A stretch of DNA of 64,000 bases from Candidatus Levyibacteriota bacterium (GTDB lineage Bacteria > Patescibacteriota > Microgenomatia > Levybacterales > UBA12049): contig JAYRIM010000028.1 in the NCBI GenBank assembly GCA_041906785.1, positions 121,661 through 185,660 of the forward strand, given 5' to 3'. Positions 31,361 through 40,549 of this stretch are shown here, piece by piece (position 1 is the stretch's first letter; every line of letters begins with the position of its first letter). The translations under genes were made by a program, and so were the position numbers. The notes under the pieces are model-generated. The model was given only the letters and a program-made list of their open reading frames with translations. It had not been told where the DNA came from and did not search any database.

Positions 31361-32266
31361 ATGTTTGATCTCTCGATAATTATCATTTCTTTTAATACAA
31401 AAGAATTTTTAAAAAAATGTTTACTTTCGATTAGAGAAAATACCTCGAAACCATTAAATTATGAAATTATCGTTGTTGATAATAACTCTTCAGATGGAAC
31501 AAAGGATGAGATTTCCAATTTTTCTTCTCAAATTTCCAATTTCAAATTGATTGAGAATGAAGAGAATGTTGGGTTCGCAAAAGCTTGCAATATTGGTGTA
31601 AAACAAGCAAAAGGCAGATATATATTATTTCTTAATCCTGACACGCATATTTTTAAACATACTTTAAATGAAATGGTTTCCTTTATGGATTTTCATAAAG
31701 AAGCTGGAGCCGCAACATGTTTTGTAGAATGGCCAAATCGAAAACTAGATGATGGTGCTCATAGAGGATTTCCAACTCCCTGGAATGCTTTTTGTTATTT
31801 TTCTGGTTTAGCGAAATTATTTCCGAAATCTTTATTGTTTAATGGGTATAATTTAGGGTTTAAGCATCTTGATACTGTGCATGAAATTGATGCACTAACT
31901 GGAGCTTTTATGATAGTAAGAAGAGAGGCTGGAGAAGAAATTGGATGGTGGGATGAAGATTATTTCTTTAATGGTGAAGATCTGGATTTTTGTTTTAAAT
32001 TAAAAGAAAAAGGTTGGAAAATATATTTTATTCCGACTGTAAAAGTCTTACATTATAAAGGAGTCTCGAGTGGCATTAAATCTATATCACGTGATATTAC
32101 TACTGCCGATAAAGCATTACGAATAAAAATAACAAAGGCGAGGTTTGATGCAATGCGATTATTCTACAAAAAGCATTATAAGAATACATATCCAGGAATT
32201 CTTACTTGGTTAGTAATGCTCGGGGTATCCTTAAAAGAAAAATTAGCGCTTCGAACAATATCCTAG
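31361..32266 (+). CDS. GT2 glycosyltransferase
   Basis: DNNSSDG, NVGFAKA, FLNPD, GEDLD; short AATTTCC-type insert at 31511-31548. Confidence 0.92.
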   Translation: MFDLSIIIISFNTKEFLKKCLLSIRENTSKPLNYEIIVVDNNSSDGTKDEISNFSSQISNFKLIENEENVGFAKACNIGVKQAKGRYILFLNPDTHIFKHTLNEMVSFMDFHKEAGAATCFVEWPNRKLDDGAHRGFPTPWNAFCYFSGLAKLFPKSLLFNGYNLGFKHLDTVHEIDALTGAFMIVRREAGEEIGWWDEDYFFNGEDLDFCFKLKEKGWKIYFIPTVKVLHYKGVSSGIKSISRDITTADKALRIKITKARFDAMRLFYKKHYKNTYPGILTWLVMLGVSLKEKLALRTIS

Positions 32267-32314
32267 ATATATATTTCGATCTTCTTAGTCATGAAAGCTA
32301 TGTTATACTTGAGG

Positions 32315-32358
32315 TATGACCCTTCGGTAAACTCAGGGTCATAGTGAGTTTATGGAAC
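32315..32358. repeat. REP-like palindromic element in the 5' UTR
   Basis: TATGACCCT/AGGGTCATA stem; alternative TTCGGTAAACTCA/TGAGTTTATGGAA pairing. Confidence 0.65.
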
Positions 32359-32359
32359 T

Positions 32360-33499
32360 ATGAAAATCGGGATTGATGTTCGACTCTGGAATGAGACTGG
32401 AGTAGGTCGGTATATTCGGAATTTGGTTAAAAACTTGCATGAGATTGATAAAGTTAATGACTATATTTTATTTGCAAGAGCAACTGATGTAGAAAGTATT
32501 AAGTATTATGTATCAAGTATTAAGTGGAAAATAGTTGTTGTAAATATTCGATGGCACTCTTTTAAAGAACAGTTGAAGTTTCCCCAAATTCTCTATAGAG
32601 AGAATCTAGATCTTATGCATTTTCCTTATTTCTCCGTTCCATTTAACTATAGAAAACCTTTTATTGTAACCATACATGATCTTATCATTTATCATTATTC
32701 GACAGGAAAAGCATCGACGCTTCCTTTACCTTTTTATCAGTTGAAACGTTTAGGATATAAATTTGCTATAAAGCAAGCTATTCATAACGCTAAAAAAGTA
32801 ATTGTCCCTCTGCAATCGGTTAAAGAGGACGTTATAGAAACCTTACAAGCTGATCCAAAAAAGATTATAGTAACTCAAGAAAGTGTTGATGAAGAAATTA
32901 ACAATGCTAATAGACAAATGATCAATCCACAATTAAAATCAGAGAATTATTTTCTTTATGTTGGTAATGCTTATCCACATAAAAATATTCAAACGTTACT
33001 GCAGGCGTTCGAATCATTTAAAAAACAAATTGTCCATCATAACGTTAAGCTATTTTTAGTTGGAAAAAAAGATTATTTTTATTCTCAGTTAGAAAACAAT
33101 TTAAAAGAAAAACAGGGAAATGCAGTACATATTTTTCATACCATTGATGATTCTATGTTACATGAATTGTATGATAATGCGATTGCTCTCATAGCACCAT
33201 CTTTTATAGAAGGTTTTGGTTTAGTACCCTTAGAGGCAATGGCGAACAATTGTCTGGTAATAGCGTCTGATATTCATGCGCATCGAGAAGTTTGTCAAGA
33301 CGCTGCGGTTTACTTTCCTGCTCATGATCAATCAGAATTAACAAATAGAATGATTGAAGTTTTTACACAGACTAATAATTCAATATTTGAAAATTTGAGA
33401 CAAAAAGGATTGAAAAGAGTAAAAAACTTTTCCTGGAAGCGTATGACTCAGGAAACATTGAAAATCTATGAAAGTTGCATTAGTGTACGACAGAGTTAA
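32360..33499 (+). CDS. GT4 glycosyltransferase
   Basis: GNAYPHKN, EGFGLVPLEAM; heptamer insert at 32494-32525. Confidence 0.92.
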   Translation: MKIGIDVRLWNETGVGRYIRNLVKNLHEIDKVNDYILFARATDVESIKYYVSSIKWKIVVVNIRWHSFKEQLKFPQILYRENLDLMHFPYFSVPFNYRKPFIVTIHDLIIYHYSTGKASTLPLPFYQLKRLGYKFAIKQAIHNAKKVIVPLQSVKEDVIETLQADPKKIIVTQESVDEEINNANRQMINPQLKSENYFLYVGNAYPHKNIQTLLQAFESFKKQIVHHNVKLFLVGKKDYFYSQLENNLKEKQGNAVHIFHTIDDSMLHELYDNAIALIAPSFIEGFGLVPLEAMANNCLVIASDIHAHREVCQDAAVYFPAHDQSELTNRMIEVFTQTNNSIFENLRQKGLKRVKNFSWKRMTQETLKIYESCISVRQS

Positions 33500-34553
33500 T
33501 AAATGGGGCGGGGCAGAAAGAGTACTTTTAGCCTTTCACGAATTATTTCCAGATGCTCCTCTATATACATCGGTTTATAATCCTGAGACTGCTCCATGGG
33601 CAAGTGCGTTTACAATAAAGACTTCGTTCCTACAAAATCTGTCATATTTTCGTAATAAACATGAACTGCTTCCTCTCCTTATGCCAATCGCTTTCGAAAG
33701 CTTTATTTTTGATGAATACGATCTTGTTATTTCTATAACAAGTGAATTTGCGAAAGCAATAATTACGAAACCTGGGACAAAGCATATTTGCTATTGTTTA
33801 ACACCTACCCGCTATTTATGGAGTGGATATGATGAATATTTTAAAAACAAAGTTTTACGGACTTCTACGAAATTCTTAATACGAAATCTACGAAAATGGG
33901 ATCGAATTGCAGCACAAAGACCAGATGCATATATCGCTATATCGAAAGAAGTACAGGGGAGAATTAAAAAATATTATGGAAGAGAATCAGAAGTTGTGTA
34001 TCCACCAGTAAGTTTACAAAATTCAAGATTTAAGATTCAAGATTTAAGAATAAATAAAAAAGAACAATATTTTTTAATTGTGTCACGGCTTGTAAGATAT
34101 AAAAGAATCGATCTTGCGATACGAGCATGCAATGAACTGCAATTTCCACTTAAAATTATTGGTATTGGAAGTGAGGAAAAAAGATTAAGGACAATTGCTG
34201 GTCCTACAATTGAATTTGTGGGCTCTGTAGATGAGGAAACACTTGCGCGATACTATTCTCAATGTCAAGCACTTCTTTTCCCTGGATACGAAGATTTTGG
34301 ATTAGCAATGGTTGAAGCACAGCTTTTCGGAAAGCCAGTGATCGCATTCCATAAAGGTGGTGCAGAGGAGATAGTTCTTCATGGAAAAACAGGTTTACTC
34401 TTCGATTCACAAACAGTTGCATCTTTGTCCTCTGTTTTAGGAGCATTTGAAAAAAATGACTTTGATAAGGAAGTTATTATGAAACACGCAGCTCAATTTA
34501 ATAAAGAACATTTTAAGAAAGCTTTCTTATCTGAATTAAAGAAATTATTATGA
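33468..34553 (+). CDS. GT4 glycosyltransferase (WbaZ-like)
   Basis: GGAERV, SRLVRYKR, EDFGLAMVEA; heptamer insert at 34018-34051. Confidence 0.92.
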   Translation: MKVALVYDRVNKWGGAERVLLAFHELFPDAPLYTSVYNPETAPWASAFTIKTSFLQNLSYFRNKHELLPLLMPIAFESFIFDEYDLVISITSEFAKAIITKPGTKHICYCLTPTRYLWSGYDEYFKNKVLRTSTKFLIRNLRKWDRIAAQRPDAYIAISKEVQGRIKKYYGRESEVVYPPVSLQNSRFKIQDLRINKKEQYFLIVSRLVRYKRIDLAIRACNELQFPLKIIGIGSEEKRLRTIAGPTIEFVGSVDEETLARYYSQCQALLFPGYEDFGLAMVEAQLFGKPVIAFHKGGAEEIVLHGKTGLLFDSQTVASLSSVLGAFEKNDFDKEVIMKHAAQFNKEHFKKAFLSELKKLL

Positions 34554-34618
34554 GAGAATTATAGGATCTTTTAGGTGCCAAATTTGAATTCCTACTCATC
34601 ATTTAGTAGAATAAGTAT

Positions 34619-35704
34619 ATGAAGATCGTTCTCTTCGCAGGTGGTGTCGGTTCGAGATTGTGGCCGTTATCTAGGAAAAACTCTCCTAAACAGTTTGAGA
34701 AAATCATAGCAGATCGTTCAATGCTTCAGATAGCAGTTCATAAACTTTTTCCTGAATTTAAATGGGAAGATATTTATATTTCGACGGGGAAAACATATAA
34801 AAACATTATTATAGAACAGCTCCCTCAGCTTCCGAAAAACAATATCATTATTGAACCTGAAATGCGTGATGTTGGTCCGGCTGTGGGGTTAATCATCGCT
34901 CAGTTTGCGAAAACTAATCCAGACGAACCCATTGTTCTCCTTTGGGGAAGTGATCATTTAGTAAAGCGAGAAGATTATTTTAGAAAAATTCTTAGAACTG
35001 CTGAAAAACTCGTGTTAGAAAAACCAGAAAGCATTGTTTTTATAGGTCAAAAACCTCGATATGGAAATCAAAATGTTGGTTATATAGAGTTCGGTCGTGA
35101 GCAAACAAAAAGAGATGATTTGTCAGTATATGAATTTAAGAGTTTTCAATATGCTCCTCCTCTTGAAATTGCACAAAGATACGCGAATGACGGAAAACAT
35201 GCCTGGAATTTGGGATATTTTGTCACAACAGCTGGATTTTTATGGAAATTATTTGAGAAATTTTCTCCAGAATTATTTAAACAGTTGAAGCAAATTCAGG
35301 ACGCCTTCGGCACACCAGCATATGAGAAAGTATTACAAAGGATTTATCCTACTATTGAAAAAATCTCTTTTGACCATGCGGTCCTTGAAAGAATGGATCC
35401 AGAATCCGGTATGGTAATTTCAGCAGATATTGGCTGGAGTGACATAGGTGCGTGGGAAGCTATGAAAGAGGCATTAAGCGATACTGTAGAATCAAATGTT
35501 ACGAAAGGTAAAATTATTCTCGAAGATTGTACAGATTCAATAGTTCATAATTCTACAGAACAATTAGTAGTAGGAATAGATTTAAATGGATTAGTTGTTG
35601 TCAGTACTGATGATGTAATACTTATTTGCCCGAAAGATTCAGTACCCAAAATTAAAAAATTTGTTACAAGTCTTAAGGGCACTGAGCATGAACATCTAAC
35701 TTAG
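34619..35704 (+). CDS. manC: mannose-1-phosphate guanylyltransferase
   Basis: AGGVGSRLWPLSRKNSPKQF, SDH, ISFDHAVLE, WSDIG. Confidence 0.9.
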   Translation: MKIVLFAGGVGSRLWPLSRKNSPKQFEKIIADRSMLQIAVHKLFPEFKWEDIYISTGKTYKNIIIEQLPQLPKNNIIIEPEMRDVGPAVGLIIAQFAKTNPDEPIVLLWGSDHLVKREDYFRKILRTAEKLVLEKPESIVFIGQKPRYGNQNVGYIEFGREQTKRDDLSVYEFKSFQYAPPLEIAQRYANDGKHAWNLGYFVTTAGFLWKLFEKFSPELFKQLKQIQDAFGTPAYEKVLQRIYPTIEKISFDHAVLERMDPESGMVISADIGWSDIGAWEAMKEALSDTVESNVTKGKIILEDCTDSIVHNSTEQLVVGIDLNGLVVVSTDDVILICPKDSVPKIKKFVTSLKGTEHEHLT

Positions 35705-35705
35705 C

Positions 35706-36371
35706 ATGCACTACATAGAAGTTAAAAAGAGTCGCAGATACGAAGTAACAAAACGATTCATAGACATAGTTTTTTCTTTCATTTTACTCATATTATTTCT
35801 TCCTATTATTATTGTCGTTGCAATAGCAATAAGGTTGGAAACGGAAGGGCCTATTTTTGCTGACACTCCTCCTCGAGTAGGAAAAAAAGGTAAATTATTT
35901 AAAATGTATAAGTTCAGATCAATGGTCCAGAATGCATACGAATTACTTAAATCTGATCCAGAATTTGCGAAGCTCTATCAAGAATATAAGCTTGGAAGTT
36001 ATAAATTAAAAAATGATCCACGAGTTACGAAAGTAGGTAAATTTATTCGAAAGCATTCTTTAGATGAAGTGCCTCAACTAATGAATAGTTTAAAAGGAGA
36101 TATGAGCGTCGTTGGGCCACGTGCATATTATCCTGATGAACTGAAAGAACAACAGCAACGATACCCTCAAACGAAAGAAGCAGTTAAGATTGTGCTTTCT
36201 GTAAAACCAGGAATTACAGGTTATTGGCAGGTATCGGGAAGAAGTGAAATAAATTTTGATAAACGTATCCATATGGATGCTGAGTATGTGAAAAAACGTT
36301 CGATACTTTTTGATTTACACATCATTGCTAAATCACCTTGGGCTATGATTTCAGGAAAAGGAGCACACTGA
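35706..36371 (+). CDS. priming phosphoglycosyl transferase (Bac_transf family)
   Basis: KRFIDI, KFRSM, DPRVT, SLDEVPQ, KPGITG. Confidence 0.93.
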   Translation: MHYIEVKKSRRYEVTKRFIDIVFSFILLILFLPIIIVVAIAIRLETEGPIFADTPPRVGKKGKLFKMYKFRSMVQNAYELLKSDPEFAKLYQEYKLGSYKLKNDPRVTKVGKFIRKHSLDEVPQLMNSLKGDMSVVGPRAYYPDELKEQQQRYPQTKEAVKIVLSVKPGITGYWQVSGRSEINFDKRIHMDAEYVKKRSILFDLHIIAKSPWAMISGKGAH

Positions 36372-36372
36372 A

Positions 36373-36463
36373 AGTTATGAGTTATGAGTTATGAGTTATG
36401 AGTTGTAGGTTGTAAGTTGTAGGTTGCCCGCCTGCAACGTTTTGCGTAGCAATGCGGGCAGGT
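36373..36463 (+). repeat. heptamer array (AGTTATG)4(RGTTGTA)3 followed by a GC-rich hairpin
   Basis: Read directly; TGCCCGC...GCGGGCA stem at 36425-36460. Confidence 0.9.
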
Positions 36464-36561
36464 GGGTTGGGAATTAAAAAATAAAGTGTAGTTACATTTG
36501 ACATTTGAAATTGGTAGTATTTGACATTCTTATTATTGGTTGGGTATCATGTATTAGCTAT

Positions 36562-38517
36562 ATGGCTGGATTCAATAAAATAGATCTGAATACTGATGTA
36601 AAAGCTGGGAATCAGCCTAAAAATGATTCACTTTTTATGACTGTAAAAAAGAAACGTTCTTTACGATTTAAAAATAAAAAACTGGTTCTTGTAGCTGGCG
36701 GAATTATAGTTTTCTTCCTCCTATTGGCAGCTATAACAGCGGTGCCTGCATTTAATACTTATACAGCTGGAATGGCTACGTATCGTCAAGCGAAAATGAT
36801 CGCAACAGCTATGAAACAGCAGAACGTCACTTTGGCTTCAGAAGAATTAGAAAAAACAAAACAGAGTTTACAAACGACTAGGAAACATTTCGATCAAATG
36901 TTTTATCTTAAGTTTGTTCCTATTGTGAATTTCTATTATGGCGATGCCGATCATGCACTGAGAGCAGGTGAGTATGGTTTAAAAAGCGCTACCATCGTAA
37001 TCGATTCGCTGAAACCATATGCTGATGTTTTAGGTTTAAAAGGCCAGGGAAGTTTTAGTGCAGGTTCTGCTGAAGATCGAATTAAAACAGCTGTCATGAC
37101 AATGGGTAGAATTACTCCAAAGGTTGATGAGATTGCAGATTCCTTACTGCTCATTCAAAAGGAAATTGATCAAATAAATCCTGGACATTATCCAGAGTTA
37201 CTCTTCGGTAAAAAACCGAAAACAGAACTTACCCAGATTCGTGACCTAACGGATCAAAGTGTTGAATTGGTAAATGAAGCTCGTCCATTGATAAAAGTTC
37301 TTCCTTCATTACTTGGAGAATCAGAAGAAAAAAAATACTTGGTTCTTTTCCAAAATGATAAAGAACTACGTGCTACAGGTGGATTTATTACTGCATATAC
37401 AATTATGAAAATAGATAAGGGACGAATATCGATCGAACGGTCTGACGATATTTATCCTTTAGATGATTCAATTCCAAATAAACCAGAGGCTCCCGATCCA
37501 ATTGTTAACTATCTTCCAAAAGTTCCACGACTCAATTTACGTGATTCGAATCTCTCTCCAGATTTTGTTACATCCATGAAAACATTCAAGTCGCTTTATG
37601 ATAAGGCAGGACAGGGTGTAGATGTAGATGGAATTATCGCAATTGATACACATGTACTTGTTTCTACTATTAAAGTACTTGATGATCAAGTACAGGCAGC
37701 AGGAATGACATTTACGACACAAGTAGATAAACGATGTGATTGTCCCCAAGTTATTTATGAACTCGAAAATGATATCTCTCGCCCTGTAAATTATGTAAAG
37801 ACAGACCGTAAATACCTTATTCGAGAATTGATGAATACCATTATGGTGAAAGCATTGTCTTCTTCACCAAAGGCATACTGGGGGAAACTATTCCAAACAA
37901 TGCTTATGCTTACGAATCAGAAACACATCCTCTTTTATCTCTACGATAAAGACGCACAATCAGGTATAGAAGCTCTTGAAGCATCAGGAAAAATAGTTGA
38001 TTTTGAGGGCGATTATTTACATATTAACGACACAAATTTCGGGGGACAAAAGTCAAATCTTTTCACAAAGCATACTGTAGAAGTTGCTTATGATAAAAAG
38101 AATGATGGAAAAATAGAAAAAACCATAACTATTAATTATAAGAACACATTTCCACCTTCTAATTGTGATTTAGAAGCAGGGCAGCTCTGTCTAAACGCTC
38201 CATTACGTAACTGGCTTAGAGTTTACGTGCCGAAAGGAAGTAAGCTCGTCTCTAGTAAAGGTTCCCAAGTAAAACTACAAACATATGATGAATTAGGAAA
38301 AACTGTATTTGATGGATTCTTAACAGTAAGACCGTTAGGGTCTGCGAAATTTACGATCACCTATACCTTACCATTTAAAGTAGATTCAAACTCATTACCT
38401 ATTCTTATCCAAAAACAAGCGGGAACAGAAGGTCATGAGTATATAATTACTGCCAATGGTAGACCTGTCCAAAAATTCCAACTTTTTGCAGATAAAGAAA
38501 TGGAAATAAAGTTATAA
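36562..38517 (+). CDS. DUF4012-domain membrane-anchored protein
   Basis: YLVLFQNDKELRATGGF, RDSNLSPDF, RVYVPKGS. Confidence 0.85.
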   Translation: MAGFNKIDLNTDVKAGNQPKNDSLFMTVKKKRSLRFKNKKLVLVAGGIIVFFLLLAAITAVPAFNTYTAGMATYRQAKMIATAMKQQNVTLASEELEKTKQSLQTTRKHFDQMFYLKFVPIVNFYYGDADHALRAGEYGLKSATIVIDSLKPYADVLGLKGQGSFSAGSAEDRIKTAVMTMGRITPKVDEIADSLLLIQKEIDQINPGHYPELLFGKKPKTELTQIRDLTDQSVELVNEARPLIKVLPSLLGESEEKKYLVLFQNDKELRATGGFITAYTIMKIDKGRISIERSDDIYPLDDSIPNKPEAPDPIVNYLPKVPRLNLRDSNLSPDFVTSMKTFKSLYDKAGQGVDVDGIIAIDTHVLVSTIKVLDDQVQAAGMTFTTQVDKRCDCPQVIYELENDISRPVNYVKTDRKYLIRELMNTIMVKALSSSPKAYWGKLFQTMLMLTNQKHILFYLYDKDAQSGIEALEASGKIVDFEGDYLHINDTNFGGQKSNLFTKHTVEVAYDKKNDGKIEKTITINYKNTFPPSNCDLEAGQLCLNAPLRNWLRVYVPKGSKLVSSKGSQVKLQTYDELGKTVFDGFLTVRPLGSAKFTITYTLPFKVDSNSLPILIQKQAGTEGHEYIITANGRPVQKFQLFADKEMEIKL

Positions 38518-38519
38518 CT

Positions 38520-38556
38520 CACGAATCACACGAATTTCTTTACGAATGATGCGAAT
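38520..38556. repeat. left CGAAT x4 array (spacing 9-12-9)
   Basis: CGAAT at 38522, 38531, 38543, 38552. Confidence 0.85.
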
Positions 38557-38562
38557 TTGTGT

Positions 38563-38964
38563 ATGAGCCATGTCCTCTATAAAGAGCTCAGCTATGAAAT
38601 TGTTGGTGCATTATTTGAAGCCTATAATTCACTTGGTGCTAATTATCATGAAAGGTACTGCCAACGCGCTGTTGAGAAATTCTTAATTAAAAGGAATTTA
38701 AGGTATAAAAAAGAATATCCTGTTGATATTCTTCTTGAAGAAGATGTCATCGGTAAACACTATCTAGATTTTCTTATAAATGAAGTTGTTGTCTTAGAAA
38801 TTAAGAAAGGTAATAGATATAATATGTCAGATATAAAACAAGTTTTAATGTATTTAAAAACAACAGGGTTAAAACTTGGAATCTTGGCTTATTTTGGTAC
38901 TGATGGTGTATTCTATAAAAGAATAATCAATTCGCGAATTTCGCAAAAAGATTCGCATAATTAG
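38563..38964 (+). CDS. GxxExxY protein (PD-(D/E)xK nuclease superfamily)
   Basis: LYKELSYEIVGALFEAYNSLG...E, DFLINEVVVLEIK, QVLMYLK...LGILAYFG. Confidence 0.88.
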   Translation: MSHVLYKELSYEIVGALFEAYNSLGANYHERYCQRAVEKFLIKRNLRYKKEYPVDILLEEDVIGKHYLDFLINEVVVLEIKKGNRYNMSDIKQVLMYLKTTGLKLGILAYFGTDGVFYKRIINSRISQKDSHN

Positions 38965-38966
38965 TG
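38930..38966. repeat. right inverted ATTCG x4 array (spacing 9-12-9)
   Basis: ATTCG 38930, TTTCG 38939, ATTCG 38951, ATTAG 38960. Confidence 0.8.
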
Positions 38967-38969
38967 AAT

Positions 38970-39590
38970 ATGAGAACATTTAAGACAGAAGGGATTGTTA
39001 TAAAGAGAAGGAATGTTGGCGAAGCAGATCGGATAATTACTATTTTTTCTAAAGATCATGGTAAATTACAAATAAAAGCTTCAGGTGTTAGAAAAATCAC
39101 AAGCCGCCGATCTCCTCATATCGAATTATTAAACTACGTTAATCTTACATTGTATACAGGTAAGACGTATCCTATATTAGTAGAAGCACAATCGAAAGAA
39201 AATTTTTCTACACTCAAAGAAGATTTACATAAAGTAGGACTCGCGTATCATATTTGTGAATTAATTGATGGTCTCTGCCCTGAAGGTCAGGAACACGAAT
39301 CAGTCTTTGAATTATTAAAAAGAACACTTGTCATCCTGAGTCCCGATGGATATCTGGGCGAAGGATCCCCAATGTACAATGATGCCGGAGATTCTTCGTC
39401 CTTCGACAAACTCACGACTCAGAATGACTTAGTTTTTATAATTCATGAATTTGAAGTAGAGCTTTTAGCATTGTTAGGTTATTGGAGAGGTTCACAAGAA
39501 GTAGCAAAAACGCTTGACACTCAACATATGATAGAGAATATTCTTGAAAGAAAATTAAAAAGCCGTAACATCTTCGCAAAACTTAGTTAA
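38970..39590 (+). CDS. recO: DNA repair protein RecO, with an in-frame palindrome insert
   Basis: TEGIVIKRRNVGEADRIITIFSKDHGK...GVRKITSRR. Confidence 0.92.
   Translation: MRTFKTEGIVIKRRNVGEADRIITIFSKDHGKLQIKASGVRKITSRRSPHIELLNYVNLTLYTGKTYPILVEAQSKENFSTLKEDLHKVGLAYHICELIDGLCPEGQEHESVFELLKRTLVILSPDGYLGEGSPMYNDAGDSSSFDKLTTQNDLVFIIHEFEVELLALLGYWRGSQEVAKTLDTQHMIENILERKLKSRNIFAKLS
39330..39428. repeat. GTCAT...ATGAC palindromic element, in frame in recO (99 bp)
   Basis: GTCATCCTGAG..CGAAGGATC..GATTCTTCG..CTCAGAATGAC. Confidence 0.92.
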
Positions 39591-39628
39591 TACCTTCTAA
39601 CTCGACAATAGAATGGTATAATCATGAG

Positions 39629-40504
39629 ATGCATAATTGGAAAGGTTTTTCTGCGTTATTAATCACTGGTTTTCTCTCTGGGACAGTAGGTATTTTTATC
39701 CGCTATCTTAATAAGTATATCAGCGGTCCTCAACAGATAATTTATTTAAATGTATTTGTTTTTTGTTTGTTATTGTTATTAGTATTAGTGCTAAGAAAAA
39801 AGATTTCATTTGATAAAAAAATGATCAAGTTTATTTTTCTGTATGGAATTTTTTATGGTTTTGGAGGGACACTTTATACACTATCAATATTGACCACAAA
39901 AATTTCGACAACGGTATTTGGTATATATGCAAGTATACTCTGCTTCTCATTACTTTTCGGTTTTTTTCTTTTTAAAGAAAAAATTACTACTAAAAAAGTA
40001 TTAGCTCTTATTCTCGCATGTATCGGCTTCTTTTTATTTACCTATCCATTATCTTTTCAAAGGTTTGATATAGGCTTAGGATTTAGTTTAGTTTCTGGCT
40101 TTATGGCAATTGCTGCAAACTCTATTGGAAAATATTTAGGAAATAAAGTGGATAACATACTGTTAGTTTTAGCGCGAACTATTGGAATAGGATTAGGGGG
40201 CGTGATATTCGCACTTTATCAGAAAGAATCACTTATTCCTGCTTTTACTTCAGAGTCATTTATTCTCTTGTTTATACTTGCAGGGATAATCTTAACAGCA
40301 TCATTTACAATCCTTATCGGTTTTAACAATTTCGATTTAAATTTAGGTGCGATACTTGTTTCCTCGGAGTTACTTTTCGCTACAACATTTGCCGCTGTAT
40401 TTTTTAAAGAATATCCAAAAAACTTGGAATATATCGGTGGTTTTTTTATTTTATGTGCGATTTGTATAGCTAACCTTTCATTTAGGAAAAAAAAGCAGAA
40501 CTAA
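39629..40504 (+). CDS. DMT/EamA-family transporter
   Basis: About 10 TMs, FLFKEKIT, FFKEYP. Confidence 0.85.
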   Translation: MHNWKGFSALLITGFLSGTVGIFIRYLNKYISGPQQIIYLNVFVFCLLLLLVLVLRKKISFDKKMIKFIFLYGIFYGFGGTLYTLSILTTKISTTVFGIYASILCFSLLFGFFLFKEKITTKKVLALILACIGFFLFTYPLSFQRFDIGLGFSLVSGFMAIAANSIGKYLGNKVDNILLVLARTIGIGLGGVIFALYQKESLIPAFTSESFILLFILAGIILTASFTILIGFNNFDLNLGAILVSSELLFATTFAAVFFKEYPKNLEYIGGFFILCAICIANLSFRKKKQN

Positions 40505-40549
40505 TCGAACTCTTTCCGTAAAGAAATTTATCTGCTATCATACCCACAT

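Noticed and set aside
32900-32940. Possible decayed heptamer array in the GT4 linker (NNANRQMINPQLK)
   Set aside because: Periodicity too weak to support by eye.
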